Shown one piece after another: positions 11,128-22,352 of a stretch of DNA of 64,000 bases. Location of the stretch: contig CAJINV010000001.1 of NCBI GenBank assembly GCA_905178155.1, positions 729,643 to 793,642 on the forward strand, written 5' to 3'. Every line of letters starts with the position of its first letter. Positions within the stretch are counted from its first letter, which is position 1. The notes below the pieces were generated by a model, which saw only the letters and a program-made list of their open reading frames with translations, was not told the DNA's origin and ran no database searches. This DNA comes from Amoebophrya sp. A120. Lineage: Eukaryota > Protista > Dinoflagellata. The translations under genes and the position numbers were made by a program.

Positions 11128-14100
11128 ATGGGCAAGCAGACCGCGCTCTTTCCGCTGGACCCGGAGAAGTATGAGTTCAACCGCGTGCTGGGCTCCGGGT
11201 CGTACGGTGCGGTGCAGTCCTGGAAGCACCTCGGGTACGGCATGTCCTTTGCGGCGAAGCGCATCTCGAATGCCTTCGACGAGTTTCTGATCTGCCGCCG
11301 CACGCTGCGTATGCATTGCAAAAATGTCTGGGCCTGGAAACCTGTGATGCTAATTTGCGGATGACAAGCCACTACCCATAGATATGGGAACACGCATGAC
11401 AAGTTTCCGAGCAACTAGGTGTTGCCTGAACTGCATCAGAAACTGCGTTTTTGCATTACAAAAAAGCAGCGCGGTAGCGCAACATGCATGACAGATCTTC
11501 GTCTCCTGTCAGCAGAGCATTACAAGTCTTGCAATCTCCCAGACCCAGACATATTTGCAGTGGATACTGGGCGAGATCCGGTTGATGCGGCACTTCAAGC
11601 ACGAGAACATCATCGGGATCTGCGACGTGTTATCAACTGCAAATATGTCTAGGTCTGGAAGAGTGCAGACATTTGTGATGCAGTGTTTGCGCGACCCAGA
11701 TCGTCTGGCATGCAAGCCCTAGCATCACAGGTCTGGAGCAGGAGTCCCGATGCCTAATCCGCATGACAAGTTCCCGTTTTCTGTTTCAAGAAGTGGGGCC
11801 CTTTGCTGGCCATGCATGACAGATTTTGGCATGGTGTAGACTTCGCATCACAAATTAACTCGAAGCCTTCCAGACCCAGGCAATATTTGCAATGCATACA
11901 TGTTTACCCAAGAGGCCGAGCGGCCGGACCCGGAGAAGACCGAGCGCAACCGCAAACTGGGCTACAGCGCCCCGAAGCTGGACCTCTACCTCTTCTCCCA
12001 GTTGATGGACCACGACCTGGACATGTGGATCCGCGCCAGCTACAAGAAGCAGCACACCGTGGCCCAGGACGCCAAGAAGATCCGGTCCTACACGCACCAG
12101 ATGCTGCTGGGGCTCAAGTTTCTGCACAAGGGGCACGTGATCCACCGCGATCTGAAGCCCGCGAACGTGTTTATCAGTGACAAGGGGGTGCTCAAGATCG
12201 GCGACCTCGGCCTGGCGCGCAGCATCGACCTGGACGCGAAGGGTGATCCGCTGTACCCGGACGCGGAGGCCTTGACCGAGTACGTGGTGACCCGGTGGTA
12301 CCGCGCTCCGGAGATCATGCTGCTGCGCGGCTGCTACGGCCCCGTCTGCGACGTGTGGGCGGTCGGGTGCATCCTGGCGGAGATGTTCTCGCGCAAGGTG
12401 CTGCTCCCGGGCAGCGGGGGGTACGACCAGATGCTGCGCATCATGCGCGTCACGGGCGTCTACCCGTCTACCTCCTGGTTGAACAACACCACCGGTATAA
12501 AATTTGTTGTACAAGAACTTTAACTACCAAGTGCTCGCAAAAAGAACATTGAAGATTCTACTTAGACAAGGACACTGAAGTAGATTCTATTTTTTTATGC
12601 AAGGCGCCGCATCTGTTTCTATTGTCCACATTTTTCCATTGATCCTTTTTTCGTCACCTTCTAATAGAAACGCCGGACCCGTACGCGCGGCGTAGTCGCA
12701 TCGACAAGCACAGCGGAGACGAGGGCGAAAAGATCGTGAACCGTATCTCCGTATCCAGTGCAATAATATGTCATCTGGGTCTAACTAGAGAGGTGCAGAG
12801 CCAGAAGCTTGTCTTGCAGGTTTGGCGCAGGCCTGATGAAGATGCCTGTCCCGCTTGAGAAATCGATGCGCTATATTCTGATTTTTGTGTAATAGGAGTT
12901 TATTGCAGCGTCACAAGTTTGCATCCTCCCAGACCCAGATCGGTATTATTTGCAGTCCATACTCCGGCGAGGTCCTGCAGCGGTACCCCCACATTTTGAA
13001 CCACCGCGACGCCGGGTCCGTCGACAAGGCCTTCAAGCAGATGCCGTGGCAGTACCCGGGGGACCGTCCCTCGTACAACTACGAGGTGATTGACCTGCCG
13101 CGGGACGTGATGGACCGCATGGGCGAGCTGTCCGGGAACGAGAGCACCATGGCCAAGGACCTGTGCATGAAGATGCTCCAGTACTCCCCCGACATCCGCA
13201 TGACGGTGGATGAGGCGCTGGCGCACCCCTACCTGACCACGGACCCGGTAATTGTGCAGAAGAATGGCAAGGCCGAGATGGAGGTGGAGAACGTGAAAAA
13301 GATCGACATGTCCTACGACCAGCAGTACGACAACCGCGGTATGAGCTCCAAGGACGTGCCCGCGGAGAACCGGAAGAAGTTGGCCAAGCAGCTGCTGGAA
13401 GAGGTAGAGGATTTCCGGCGCTGGCAGAAGCAGCAGTTTATGCCGCAAAAAGAAGCAGACAGGGCATATTTGTGATGCAAAAGTAAACTCACAGGAAAAT
13501 CTGTCATGGGCGACCACATGTATAGCTCGTTGCTTAAGACACGCGAAGAGAAATCTACTTTTTGTGTTGTATATCTTTTTGCACCACTGCCTGTCTTTTT
13601 GTTTTTCTGTGGGATACAATTCAAATTGAAGGTCGAGGAGAAGAAAAAAAAGCAGGAACAACTGCAGGCGGCCCAGCTGCAGCAGCAGCAGATGGCGAGC
13701 GCGGAATACGATCAATCGAACAGCACGGCGGACAGGTGGCAAGTTTGTTTTCGTTTTGCGCTGCATGCAATAACTGACTATGTATGATTCAAAACATCAA
13801 AATCAATATCAAATTCATCAACATCTCTCTGCAGGCAGCGCGTGTCCCGCACCATCTTGGCCACGCAGCAGGGCGCGGAACGGCGATCCTTGGTGGAGCA
13901 AGTGAGCAAGGGACTGATCTCGAACTCGACCAAGAAACACATCTCCCCCGCGGATCAGTCGACGGCGACCAACTCGGCAAACACTTCGGCCGCGACTTCG
14001 ATGGCGCACTCGCGCAGCAACTCCATTTCCATGGTCCCGGCGGACGCGGTGATGCAGCAGCAGGCCTTGCAGTACAGCAGTGCGGCGAACTTCGGTCGCG

Positions 14101-15081
14101 CCTGGGCGGAGCACGGCGGGAGCGGGGCCGGAGGGAACCACCCGCACCCCTACCAACTGCCGAACAACCACGGGGGACCGAGTTCCTCCCGCCCGCAGTC
14201 TGCGTCAAACGTCGACGCGAGCGGAATGACCACGACCTACAACGGGCGGCCGGCGCTGCAGAGCACGAGCCGCGCGCCCGTGGTCCTGCAGCAGAACAAC
14301 TACCATAATGGCTACCAGCAGGATATCATATGTAAAAACGTCCCCACCCCATAGTCAAGTTGGGAACTTAGCAACACAAATCCAGAAGTTTTGGGAGCCA
14401 CGCATGACAACTTGCAGTCCGTAGCGTAGTGCATGTTAGCAAGGACCATCGCATCACAAATCCATCTGCTTATCCTGTTTACAGCATCACAAATTCGAAA
14501 ACGCGATTGGTAATGCCTTGCATGGACATGCGCATTACAAATCTTCCTGTCATCGCAAATCTGCAAGACAACTATGGGGTGGGGACGTTTTTACATAGGA
14601 TACAGGAAAACGCAAACTACCAGCAGGCTTGGGACCCGCACGCATCCTCCGCGTCCGGGCAGCACCAGATGGTGGATCATCAGCAGGATTTGTTTTCCAA
14701 GTTTCATATCCCGCGTAAAGAAGACGTCCTGTTCAGCTAGCGCAGCCGGAGCCGCATGACAAATTTAAAAGTTTGTTCCGATTCTAGCACGACAAGCTCC
14801 CAGATTAGAGCCTCACAAGATGCCTGTCACATATGGCTGCGCATGAGAAACATTTTTTTTGGGCATCATGCAGATTCGCATGGCAAGAAGTCTGAGGTAC
14901 TAGGGACGTTCTTTTACACAGGATATTCCATGCTGCGGCGAACAGCAACTTGCGCTCCCGGGAAAACTACTACGTGGAAAAGATGAACCGACCCTACTCT
15001 TCGCAGCAGAGCTACGGGGAGCAAGATGCGAAAGCCGCGAACCGCGCTTACCGTTATGATCATCAGGGAAACCGGGCGTAA
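11128..15081 (+). CDS. Mitogen-activated protein kinase (TEY activation loop), 9 exons
   Basis: Spliced motifs GSGSYG, RTLREIRLMRHFKHENII, HRDLKPAN, DLGLAR, TEYVVTRWYRAPE, RMTVDEALAHPYL. Six introners plus GT-AG introns 12495-12667 and 13736-13834; stop TAA 15079-15081. Confidence 0.92.
11310..11566. mobile_element. Introner, family A (TIR TATnnAnTGCAAAWATGTCTGGGTCTGGAA)
   Basis: TSD ctgcg/ctggg; removal restores RTL-R-EIRL of the kinase. Confidence 0.92.
11631..11898. mobile_element. Introner, family A
   Basis: TSD cgtgt/catgt; removal restores GICDV-FTQE. Confidence 0.9.
12752..12961. mobile_element. Introner, family A variant
   Basis: Perfect TSD ctccg; removal restores NRIS-G-EVLQ. Confidence 0.9.
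13439..13616. mobile_element. Introner, family E (TIR TATCCCnnAGAAAAA...CAGG)
   Basis: TSD cagtt/caatt; removal restores QKQQ-F-KLK. Confidence 0.85.
14324..14602. mobile_element. Introner, family D (TIR TATCnTATGTAAAAACGTCCCCACCCCATAG)
   Basis: Near-perfect ~31-bp TIR, perfect TSD cagga; frame restored. Confidence 0.92.
14707..14925. mobile_element. Introner, family D variant
   Basis: TIR tatcccgcgtaaagaagacgtcc / gggacgttcttttacacaggata; TSD tttca/ttcca; frame restored to stop at 15081. Confidence 0.85.
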
Positions 15082-17278
15082 GCTAGAAGCGATGTTGTGG
15101 TTGTGGTATAAAAAGATAACTTGAAGAAGTTGTATTTGTAGTTTCGTGGTTTTTAGCACTAGCAGGTACTAATATCCATATTTGTTGTAGTTCCACCTAG
15201 TTGAGACTTGACTAGGGAGCCGACGAGAGTTACACTTACAGCTGACCTAGTACTACTTGTTGTTTTCGACAACCTATTCATTGCAGTTTCAATTTTCGAA
15301 TTTTATGTTTCACGTTTTATTGTGCACACACTGACTAGCATGGATTTTAGCGGTTCCAATCTTCCTCTTACCTTCCGGGACCATACTATGATCGGAGGAG
15401 GAGCTGCAGCTAAAAAAAAAAATGACTTCCACGCAAGTATTAAAGATTAAGATTTTTTATGGCTTTTGATGTCGTTGTTGCTTCGTACAAATTTTTTTTA
15501 TCACATACCTTCAGTTTATATTGACGCAAAATGAGAATTTCAAATACAGACACAATCCAACTCGTTATGCTCGTCCGTGAAGATGTAAAATGCTTTTTTG
15601 TGCCAAATCTCGAATTATAACCAAAACCATTGTAGCTACTTCTTGTGCGTATACTTCTCAAATAAACTCATGTTTTTACGACACCATCGGCGTCCGCGAA
15701 AGCAGGAGACTGTAGCGGCAAAAATACAGCGAAAATAGAAATGTAGAAGATGAGTTTCAACATGCCCAACTCATTCAGATTCAATTTTGGACAGGGACCA
15801 ACGAAACAAATCATGTCAGCAGCTGCCCATCGTGGAAGCAAAAAAGATATCACAGGAGAGACCGCGCCGTGAGGTTTTCTCTAGCCATGTGGCATTGGCA
15901 TATGACAAAAAACAGATTGCATGATAAACGAATCTTCATCTTCAGTATCTATATCACTTTTACCAGTTTCAGTGATGGAAATGGATGGAACGATATTTGA
16001 AGAGTTCGATTTGGCAGTCTAACCACACGGCTATGACAACACACATGCGGCTTGTTATGAATGATGAGTTTCAACATTTAAAAAAACGCATAATTGATGC
16101 GTGGCCTGTTGGTTTCTCACGACCGATTCCTGTGTTTTCGAGGTGAAAAATGCGTGTTCTCGAGTTGATCATGATTGTTTGGTATGAGACACAGATTGAC
16201 CTTCAGCAGGTACTAAAAAATCGAAGCGCCAAAAAATGGGTATCCCCTAAAATCGTTCTTTGTCGCGCCGGGAAATGTCCCCTGAAATCGTTCTTCGTTG
16301 CACCGGGAGGATTGAAATAGATGAAGACTGTTTTCTTTTTGTCATAGTCAACTTTGATTTTCATTTTCGTCAAACAATGTCGTGCTCGTGGGTGGTCGTA
16401 TTCTACGAAAGTGACTATATTATTGCAAAAGTATATTAGATTCTGTAAAAACGCAGACAAGCGCAATTGTATCGCACTAAGCCTTTGAATTTTGATATTC
16501 AGTGGAGGACAAGCTGAAAGTAAACGAGCAAAAAGAATGCTAGGATAGTGAGCAACGAATGAATCAAAATCAATCCACTGTAGCGGAAAATTTTTGAAAA
16601 TGATTTCTTTTTTCGTCTGAGAAAAATGAAACATGTCTTTTTTCGTCTGCGAGAAAAGACAACAGATTTACAATCGCCCGCGTGCTGTCACCAGCATCTC
16701 TACTTTGAATCTTCAGTGATGCGCACCAGGATGCTGCGAAAGCTCCTCTTTCTATCTTGTTGGCCCACACTTTGGTGGGACCCATCTGCCCCAGGAACTT
16801 CGCCAACGGTCGGCCTCCGTGTTGTCACCGCAGAAAACACTAAGCCGGGTGGACCAAAAGACAGCAGAAGCGGGACCACCGACCGCGTTGACACGCGCCC
16901 CCCTCCCGGACTGGAGAAGGAAGAAGACGTGGAGGAGAAGTATTAGCCTTATTGTCTTTCAAGTTGCACCTTTCGTGTTTGCTGTTGCTCGATTGCGATC
17001 ACTTGCTCCATTCTTTTACGTCATAATATTTTTGAAAAACTCTACTGGTACTTACAACTGCAACAAAAAAAACAACAGCGTTTTGCTCTCCAGCCATCAT
17101 TCTGGACCGGAGGAATCGCACGCCAAACAACAACCTCTGGCCACGCGTAGTACTCAGCAAACGCAGCAAAACGCAGCAGGACGCAGCAAAAAAAAACCAA
17201 GTAGAAGAGCAGAAACAAGACGGCCCTCTAGCTGCTTCACAACTCTTCTCGGCTAATCAAAACGAAGACTTTCTTCAG

Positions 17279-20200
17279 ATCGACAGGCGCGGCGACAAGC
17301 GCAACGATGCGCCGCCGTCTCCGTCTCAACGTGGAGCGCCGCCGCGCGCGACCCTGTCCGACACCGCGGAAACGACCTCAGCGTGGCTGGTGGTCACCGG
17401 GCAGGCGCAGACACAGCCAGCAGTGCAAAATGATCTTCCCGGGAGCAACGTGAACGTCGCGCTCTCAGTACAGCAGCAGCTGGCCGAACTTGGCGCAGCA
17501 ACGGCAAGGCTGCAGACGACCGTGGCGGCGCTCGCAACGGAGAACAAAGCGCTGGCGAAGGAAAACACAGAGCTTCGTGCCAACGTCCGAGAAGAAGTAG
17601 CTGCCATGCGTGTTCAGATGGAGCACGGGTTCGAGGGCGTGCGCGACTTGCTGGCGTGGCTGGAAGTAATAGTCGGGAGCCAGCTGAGCTACCTACTGGC
17701 CGCCATGCGACTCAAATACACCTACACCGCCGTTTTTCTCTGTTGCGGCTACCTCGCAATTCTCGTCGGAATCGTGCTCCCCACCCGCCTTGTTTTCTTT
17801 CCGCTAGAGGAAGTAGAGGACCACGACACTGAGGCGGGCATCGACGGCCCGGATTTTCATCCGCCCGGGCTAGAAGTAGCGGACGAGACGTTATTTCCAG
17901 GAAGGGACGCCGGAGTTCAAGCAGACAACAGCGACGGGGCCGCGGGCGCGGCGCGGGTACAACGTGGCAAGAAAAACGGGCCGGGTGTTGAGCTGGGTCG
18001 TGACGAGCAGAAGGTGGAGGCGAAGTTGCTGCTTCCCTGGAATTTTGCATACCACGGGACCCTCTCTTCCGTCACACAGCGGCAGACGAGCGGAGAAGGC
18101 AAAATTTTCGCCGCCTGCCTGATTATCAACGAAGTCTGCGTGCTCTTGTCCGGCTACACAATGGTGGTCTACGACAAGTCGTGCCCGCGCTCTCGCGATG
18201 CCGCCGAGTACCTCTTTGTGCCGGCAATCGAGGCGGATAGCGTTGGCAACCTTGCGCTTCGCGTCACGTGGTTGATCCTTCCGCGGTATCATGTCGAAAA
18301 GGGCCCCTGCCCCAGAACTATAACTTGGAAGTATTTGCATTGCAAAGCCCCCGAATGTTGGGGACACTCCTCATCTTGCATGTATCACCATCACAACTTT
18401 CGTTTTATTTATTCCCAGGCTGTTTATCAAAAATTTCAATTTGCACTGCAAAAAAGCCCAAAAAACGAATTCATAAGCTTTTCCTGCAAGACAGAGCAAA
18501 GTGCTCCTTTCATATTACTGCAAGAAGATCATGACAAGCTGACGTGACGAACTTCGGAAATAAGGTCTCCATCTAGGTTTTCGTTGTGTTTCAGGTCGCG
18601 GTCGGAGTAGTCGAAGACAAAGGGTCTAGTACTCCATTTGAAAACTCTGATGCATGAGAACAAACGCTTCCTGCAACTTCCGAAGGTGGGGCGCTTCTCA
18701 TTGTAATCAGCGAGTTTTACTGTTGTTGGCCGCGGCGGTCCCGTCTCCGACTTTTGAGGACGAGCTGGATGTTGATCCAGGGCATGATGCTGAAGATGAG
18801 GATACGACGACAATTACCCCGAGCCCGAACATGATGAAGTCGACCTCTGACAGCATCATAGAAGAGCGAAAGCGAATCGCGCAGCTGCACGAGAGCCTGA
18901 CACGCAAATACATGTACAACATCCATCAGGCAGTGTACTGCACAAGAAAAAGGAGCTACTAGCAGCTTTCTCCATCTGCCAATGCAAAACTGAGCAGGCA
19001 CGAGCAGTCCTGGATGATCAAATGGCAAAAGATAAACCATGAGCGAGCCGCCCATGGCTACGCGTTGTTTCGGATTCATTTTTACATGCGCAAGATTATA
19101 TTTATAGGGACGCGAGAGTTCTTCTGGGTTTAGTTTTGCACTACCCTAAGCAACATATGATGAATATGATAAGCTGCTGGCTTTTTGTTTTTTTCCTTGG
19201 GATACGCGCGGCCTAGCGATAGCCTTGCTCTTGCTCTTCGAAACGTGGCAGCTCGTATGGCGCGAAGAGGTGAGCATTCCGCAGGTTTTAGTCGGTTACT
19301 CACCGAAACGCATAGCTCACTCGTATGATCACGACGATTGCGCTATGCAGCAAGCCCACAAAGTGTGGAAACTGCGATGGTTGTATTTTCCCCGTGTTCT
19401 TTCACTGGTTCTCGGATGGGTGTTCTCCGCGGTTTTGGTCATTTTGGCGGTCGTGTTGTACTACCGGCAGTACGACCATTCTACCAGCAGTTCCATTTGG
19501 GCGCCCAAAGCGGACCGCGGAACGGCCGGTGGACGCTTGATGCCGAAATCCACCAGCCTATTGCTGCCACGGTGCGTCTACGTTGCGCAGGTGATGGTCA
19601 TGCTGACGGTCTTACGCATTGCAAATATCGATTTGGGTCTGGAATACAACACTTGTGACGCTGAAATTGTCATGCTTCGATGTTGGCTTTCCTAGTGCAG
19701 CCAAAAAAAAAAAAATATTGTGGCATTGTTTTCATGCACGTTAATAAGCCCACCTTGACAAAAAAAGGTTGCGCTTTTGTTGGTCATGCAACTACACAGG
19801 TTTTACAGGAAAAATGCCAGACAAGCAATGCAACCTCCACCTTTATTCCAGACCCAGACATATCATTTGTACTGGATAGCTGTTCGGCCTACCGTTCTGG
19901 CCCATGCTGTTCCAGGTTTTGGAAAAGAAGAAGGACAGAATGCTTTCAGAGACGAGCAGCATAGGCCTCGGGCAGGACCTATCCCGGAGAAAAAAGGAGC
20001 TAGCAGGGCACATTTGTAATGCATTACAAATATGACCTGCACCTGCCTGCTTTTTGTTTTTTCTGTGTGATAGGACGCGCTCGACTCGATCGCGGCCAGA
20101 GTGGAGGGCCTTTTCAGTATGGCCTGGAGATTCGGAACGCCAAGCTGCGGCACCTATGCGGACTACCTCCAGGAATTTTACAACAGCACTGCCCCGACCT

Positions 20201-20292
20201 GCGATCCTGACAAGATGTGGTGGGAAATGGACCGGGGAGAAGCTCACGATGCCAACTGGCAACAGGAATTCTGGAGGCGGTGGGGACTCTGA
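17279..20292 (+). CDS. Multi-pass membrane hypothetical protein with N-terminal coiled coil (5' exons probably from ~16719, unresolved)
   Basis: ORFs 17390, 18654, 19225 and 20101 join into one frame after removing four introners. Several hydrophobic helices; stop TGA 20290-20292. Confidence 0.7.
18287..18708. mobile_element. Introner, family C, degenerate
   Basis: Ends tatcatgtcgaaaagggcccctgcccc / ggtggggcgcttctcattgtaatc; TSD cgcgg/agcga; frame restored LPR-VLLL. Confidence 0.7.
18936..19204. mobile_element. Introner, family E, degenerate
   Basis: Ends tactgcacaagaaaaaggagctactagcagc / gctgctggctttttgttttttccttgggata; TSD decayed; element+5 nt restores frame. Confidence 0.7.
19613..19878. 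mobile_element. Introner, family A variant (can be read as GT-AG intron 19609-19879)
   Basis: TSD ggtct/gctgt; frame restored. Confidence 0.8.
19980..20072. mobile_element. Introner, family E, 93 bp (smallest)
   Basis: TSD ggacc/ggacg; TIR tatcccggagaaaaaagg / ttttgttttttctgtgtgata; frame restored. Confidence 0.82.
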
Positions 20293-20939
20293 GTCCCTCA
20301 ATACGACCGGCTGGTCAATAGTACTACCCCACCAGTACGACTCAATCTCAACACAGCCGACACTTCTCGGCGATTCCGATATTTTTATTTCTGATTGCTT
20401 ACCGTTGCAGCCTACTAGCTGTTACATGCGTCAATCACGCCGCTGACGCTGAAAATAAAAATGACAAATCAACGTCATCAATAAGTGTATACTACTCAAA
20501 ATTGTTTGTTGCAGTTTGTCTTTGCAGGCTCAAGTTTGCAGGAATAGTAGCAAAACAGCGAGCAAGGTACTGGCCACGAGGTTGAGTCCTGTTCGCCCAC
20601 AATAGAGCAGGCCAACTCTGCACCACTTTCCATTGTAGTTTGTCTTTGTTTGGTCGTTTTTTCGGTTGAAAGAATTGCTTTACTACCTCAAGAAGAATCT
20701 ACTGCTAACTTGGCTAAGCAGGACTCTGCTACTTAGGCCAGAGAAAAAACTACGCGATCCCAGACGGACTTTGCCTCTTCGGGAACTTCGACACAATGAC
20801 TAAAAAGTGAAGCCAAACACTAGCTAAAGCCTAAGGTGAGTAGTAAAAAGCTTGTAAGTTTTGTTTCGAAAAAATATTGTATACAGGATTGATTACAACA
20901 TACAGAAACCAAATTTTTTGATTTTTCTTGAACCCGAAC

Positions 20940-22350
20940 GATAAAGAATTATTGACATCTGCAAACCCTACTTGAAGATCTCCGTCCCAATCCTGAAGAG
21001 ATTTTGTTCCTAAACCTGAAGTCGATGGTTTTGTGCAGAATCACTCTATCATTTTCTTTCTCAGACTTTCAAGAATTCCGAATCCGATTTGAATATGAAA
21101 GATAGAAATTTTGAATGAATTGATTGATGAAATCCATCGAGGATACATATCTCAAATCGAATTTCATGACATCGATCCTGATCATTCAGAATGATAAAAT
21201 AGAAATATCGGATAGAAAAAATATGAATGAAATGATCTCGAATCCGAATGGAATCGAATTTCATCATCCATCCAGATTCAAGATCTGTTAATAATTTGAG
21301 AATAATTATCATTCTCATCATCTTCCCATTCTCTCTCTCTTTCTCTCTGGAAAATTAATTTTCAAGGCCTGGCATCAAGAAATTTCCTCGATGAAACAAA
21401 GAAAATATGTTTTTTTGGATTAATATGTTTATCAGGATTTTTTGAAATAAAATATTTTTTTTTTTCATGAATCCAATGATTATGATATCGAATGATGAGT
21501 GAGTGTGAGTAGTTGAGAATTGTTCAAGCCATGAGGTAACCATCCGTCCGAATGGCCGGAGGATTAATTCATGGACGCGAGTTAACGACACATTTGTTAC
21601 CTCACTCTATAATGATTGAGATTTTTTTTTTTTTTTTATCAGATTTTTGGAAATTCTTATTGTCATAATTTTCATATAGAAAAAATGATGTTATGAGATC
21701 TAGAAATCAATGGATTCCGGTGATTTATAACCACCACATCTGTGATAACGCCACAGATTTTCAATAATATTTTTGAGATTTTCAAAAAATGACATTTATT
21801 TGAAGAAATATCCAAGAATCCCATCGAAACACAAGAAATATCCTGATGAATATCAATCCAGATCCTGGATTCCATGATTCCAATATTGAATCATGATCTT
21901 TTCTTATCTATGAAAACAAATTAATCACATTCTCTCGCTCTAGACCTATGACAAATTTGAATCATACCCAGACATAACCAGAAAGAAAGAAATCGAATTT
22001 TCCATTTTCATGGATTCTCAAGATGGATTGATTATCGAACAAAAAGGATAAATAAGAATCGGAATCAATGTCGAATCTTTATTTTCGAAAAGAGAAACAT
22101 GAAGCACTCAAAAGAATTAGAGATTTAAGCATAATAAAATCGAGAATTGTTATGTGATGATTTCCTGGTGGAATGTCAAAATGATTTCGAACAAGAATGG
22201 ATTCAATAAGGCGTTTGATTTTGAAAAGTTTCATTTCGGTAATGTTTGTCCGAGATTGTCCAATCTTTTTGGATTCGGATACACTCTTTTTGGATTCTTC
22301 CGAGCTTGTCCACTCAGTCTTTTTGGGTTCTCTTCACATGTGTCAATGGT
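20940..22350. other. AT-rich, GA/TC-rich, GpC-depleted island at the convergent strand switch
   Basis: About 11 GpC in 21041-22320 by manual count. Lies between the last + strand stop (20292) and the last - strand stop (22353). Confidence 0.75.
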
Positions 22351-22352
22351 AT

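Noticed and set aside
20940-22350. Organelle-derived (NUMT) insertion
   Set aside because: No recognisable cox/cob or rRNA fragments on inspection, and it contains a nuclear introner relic. A BLAST search would be needed to exclude this fully.
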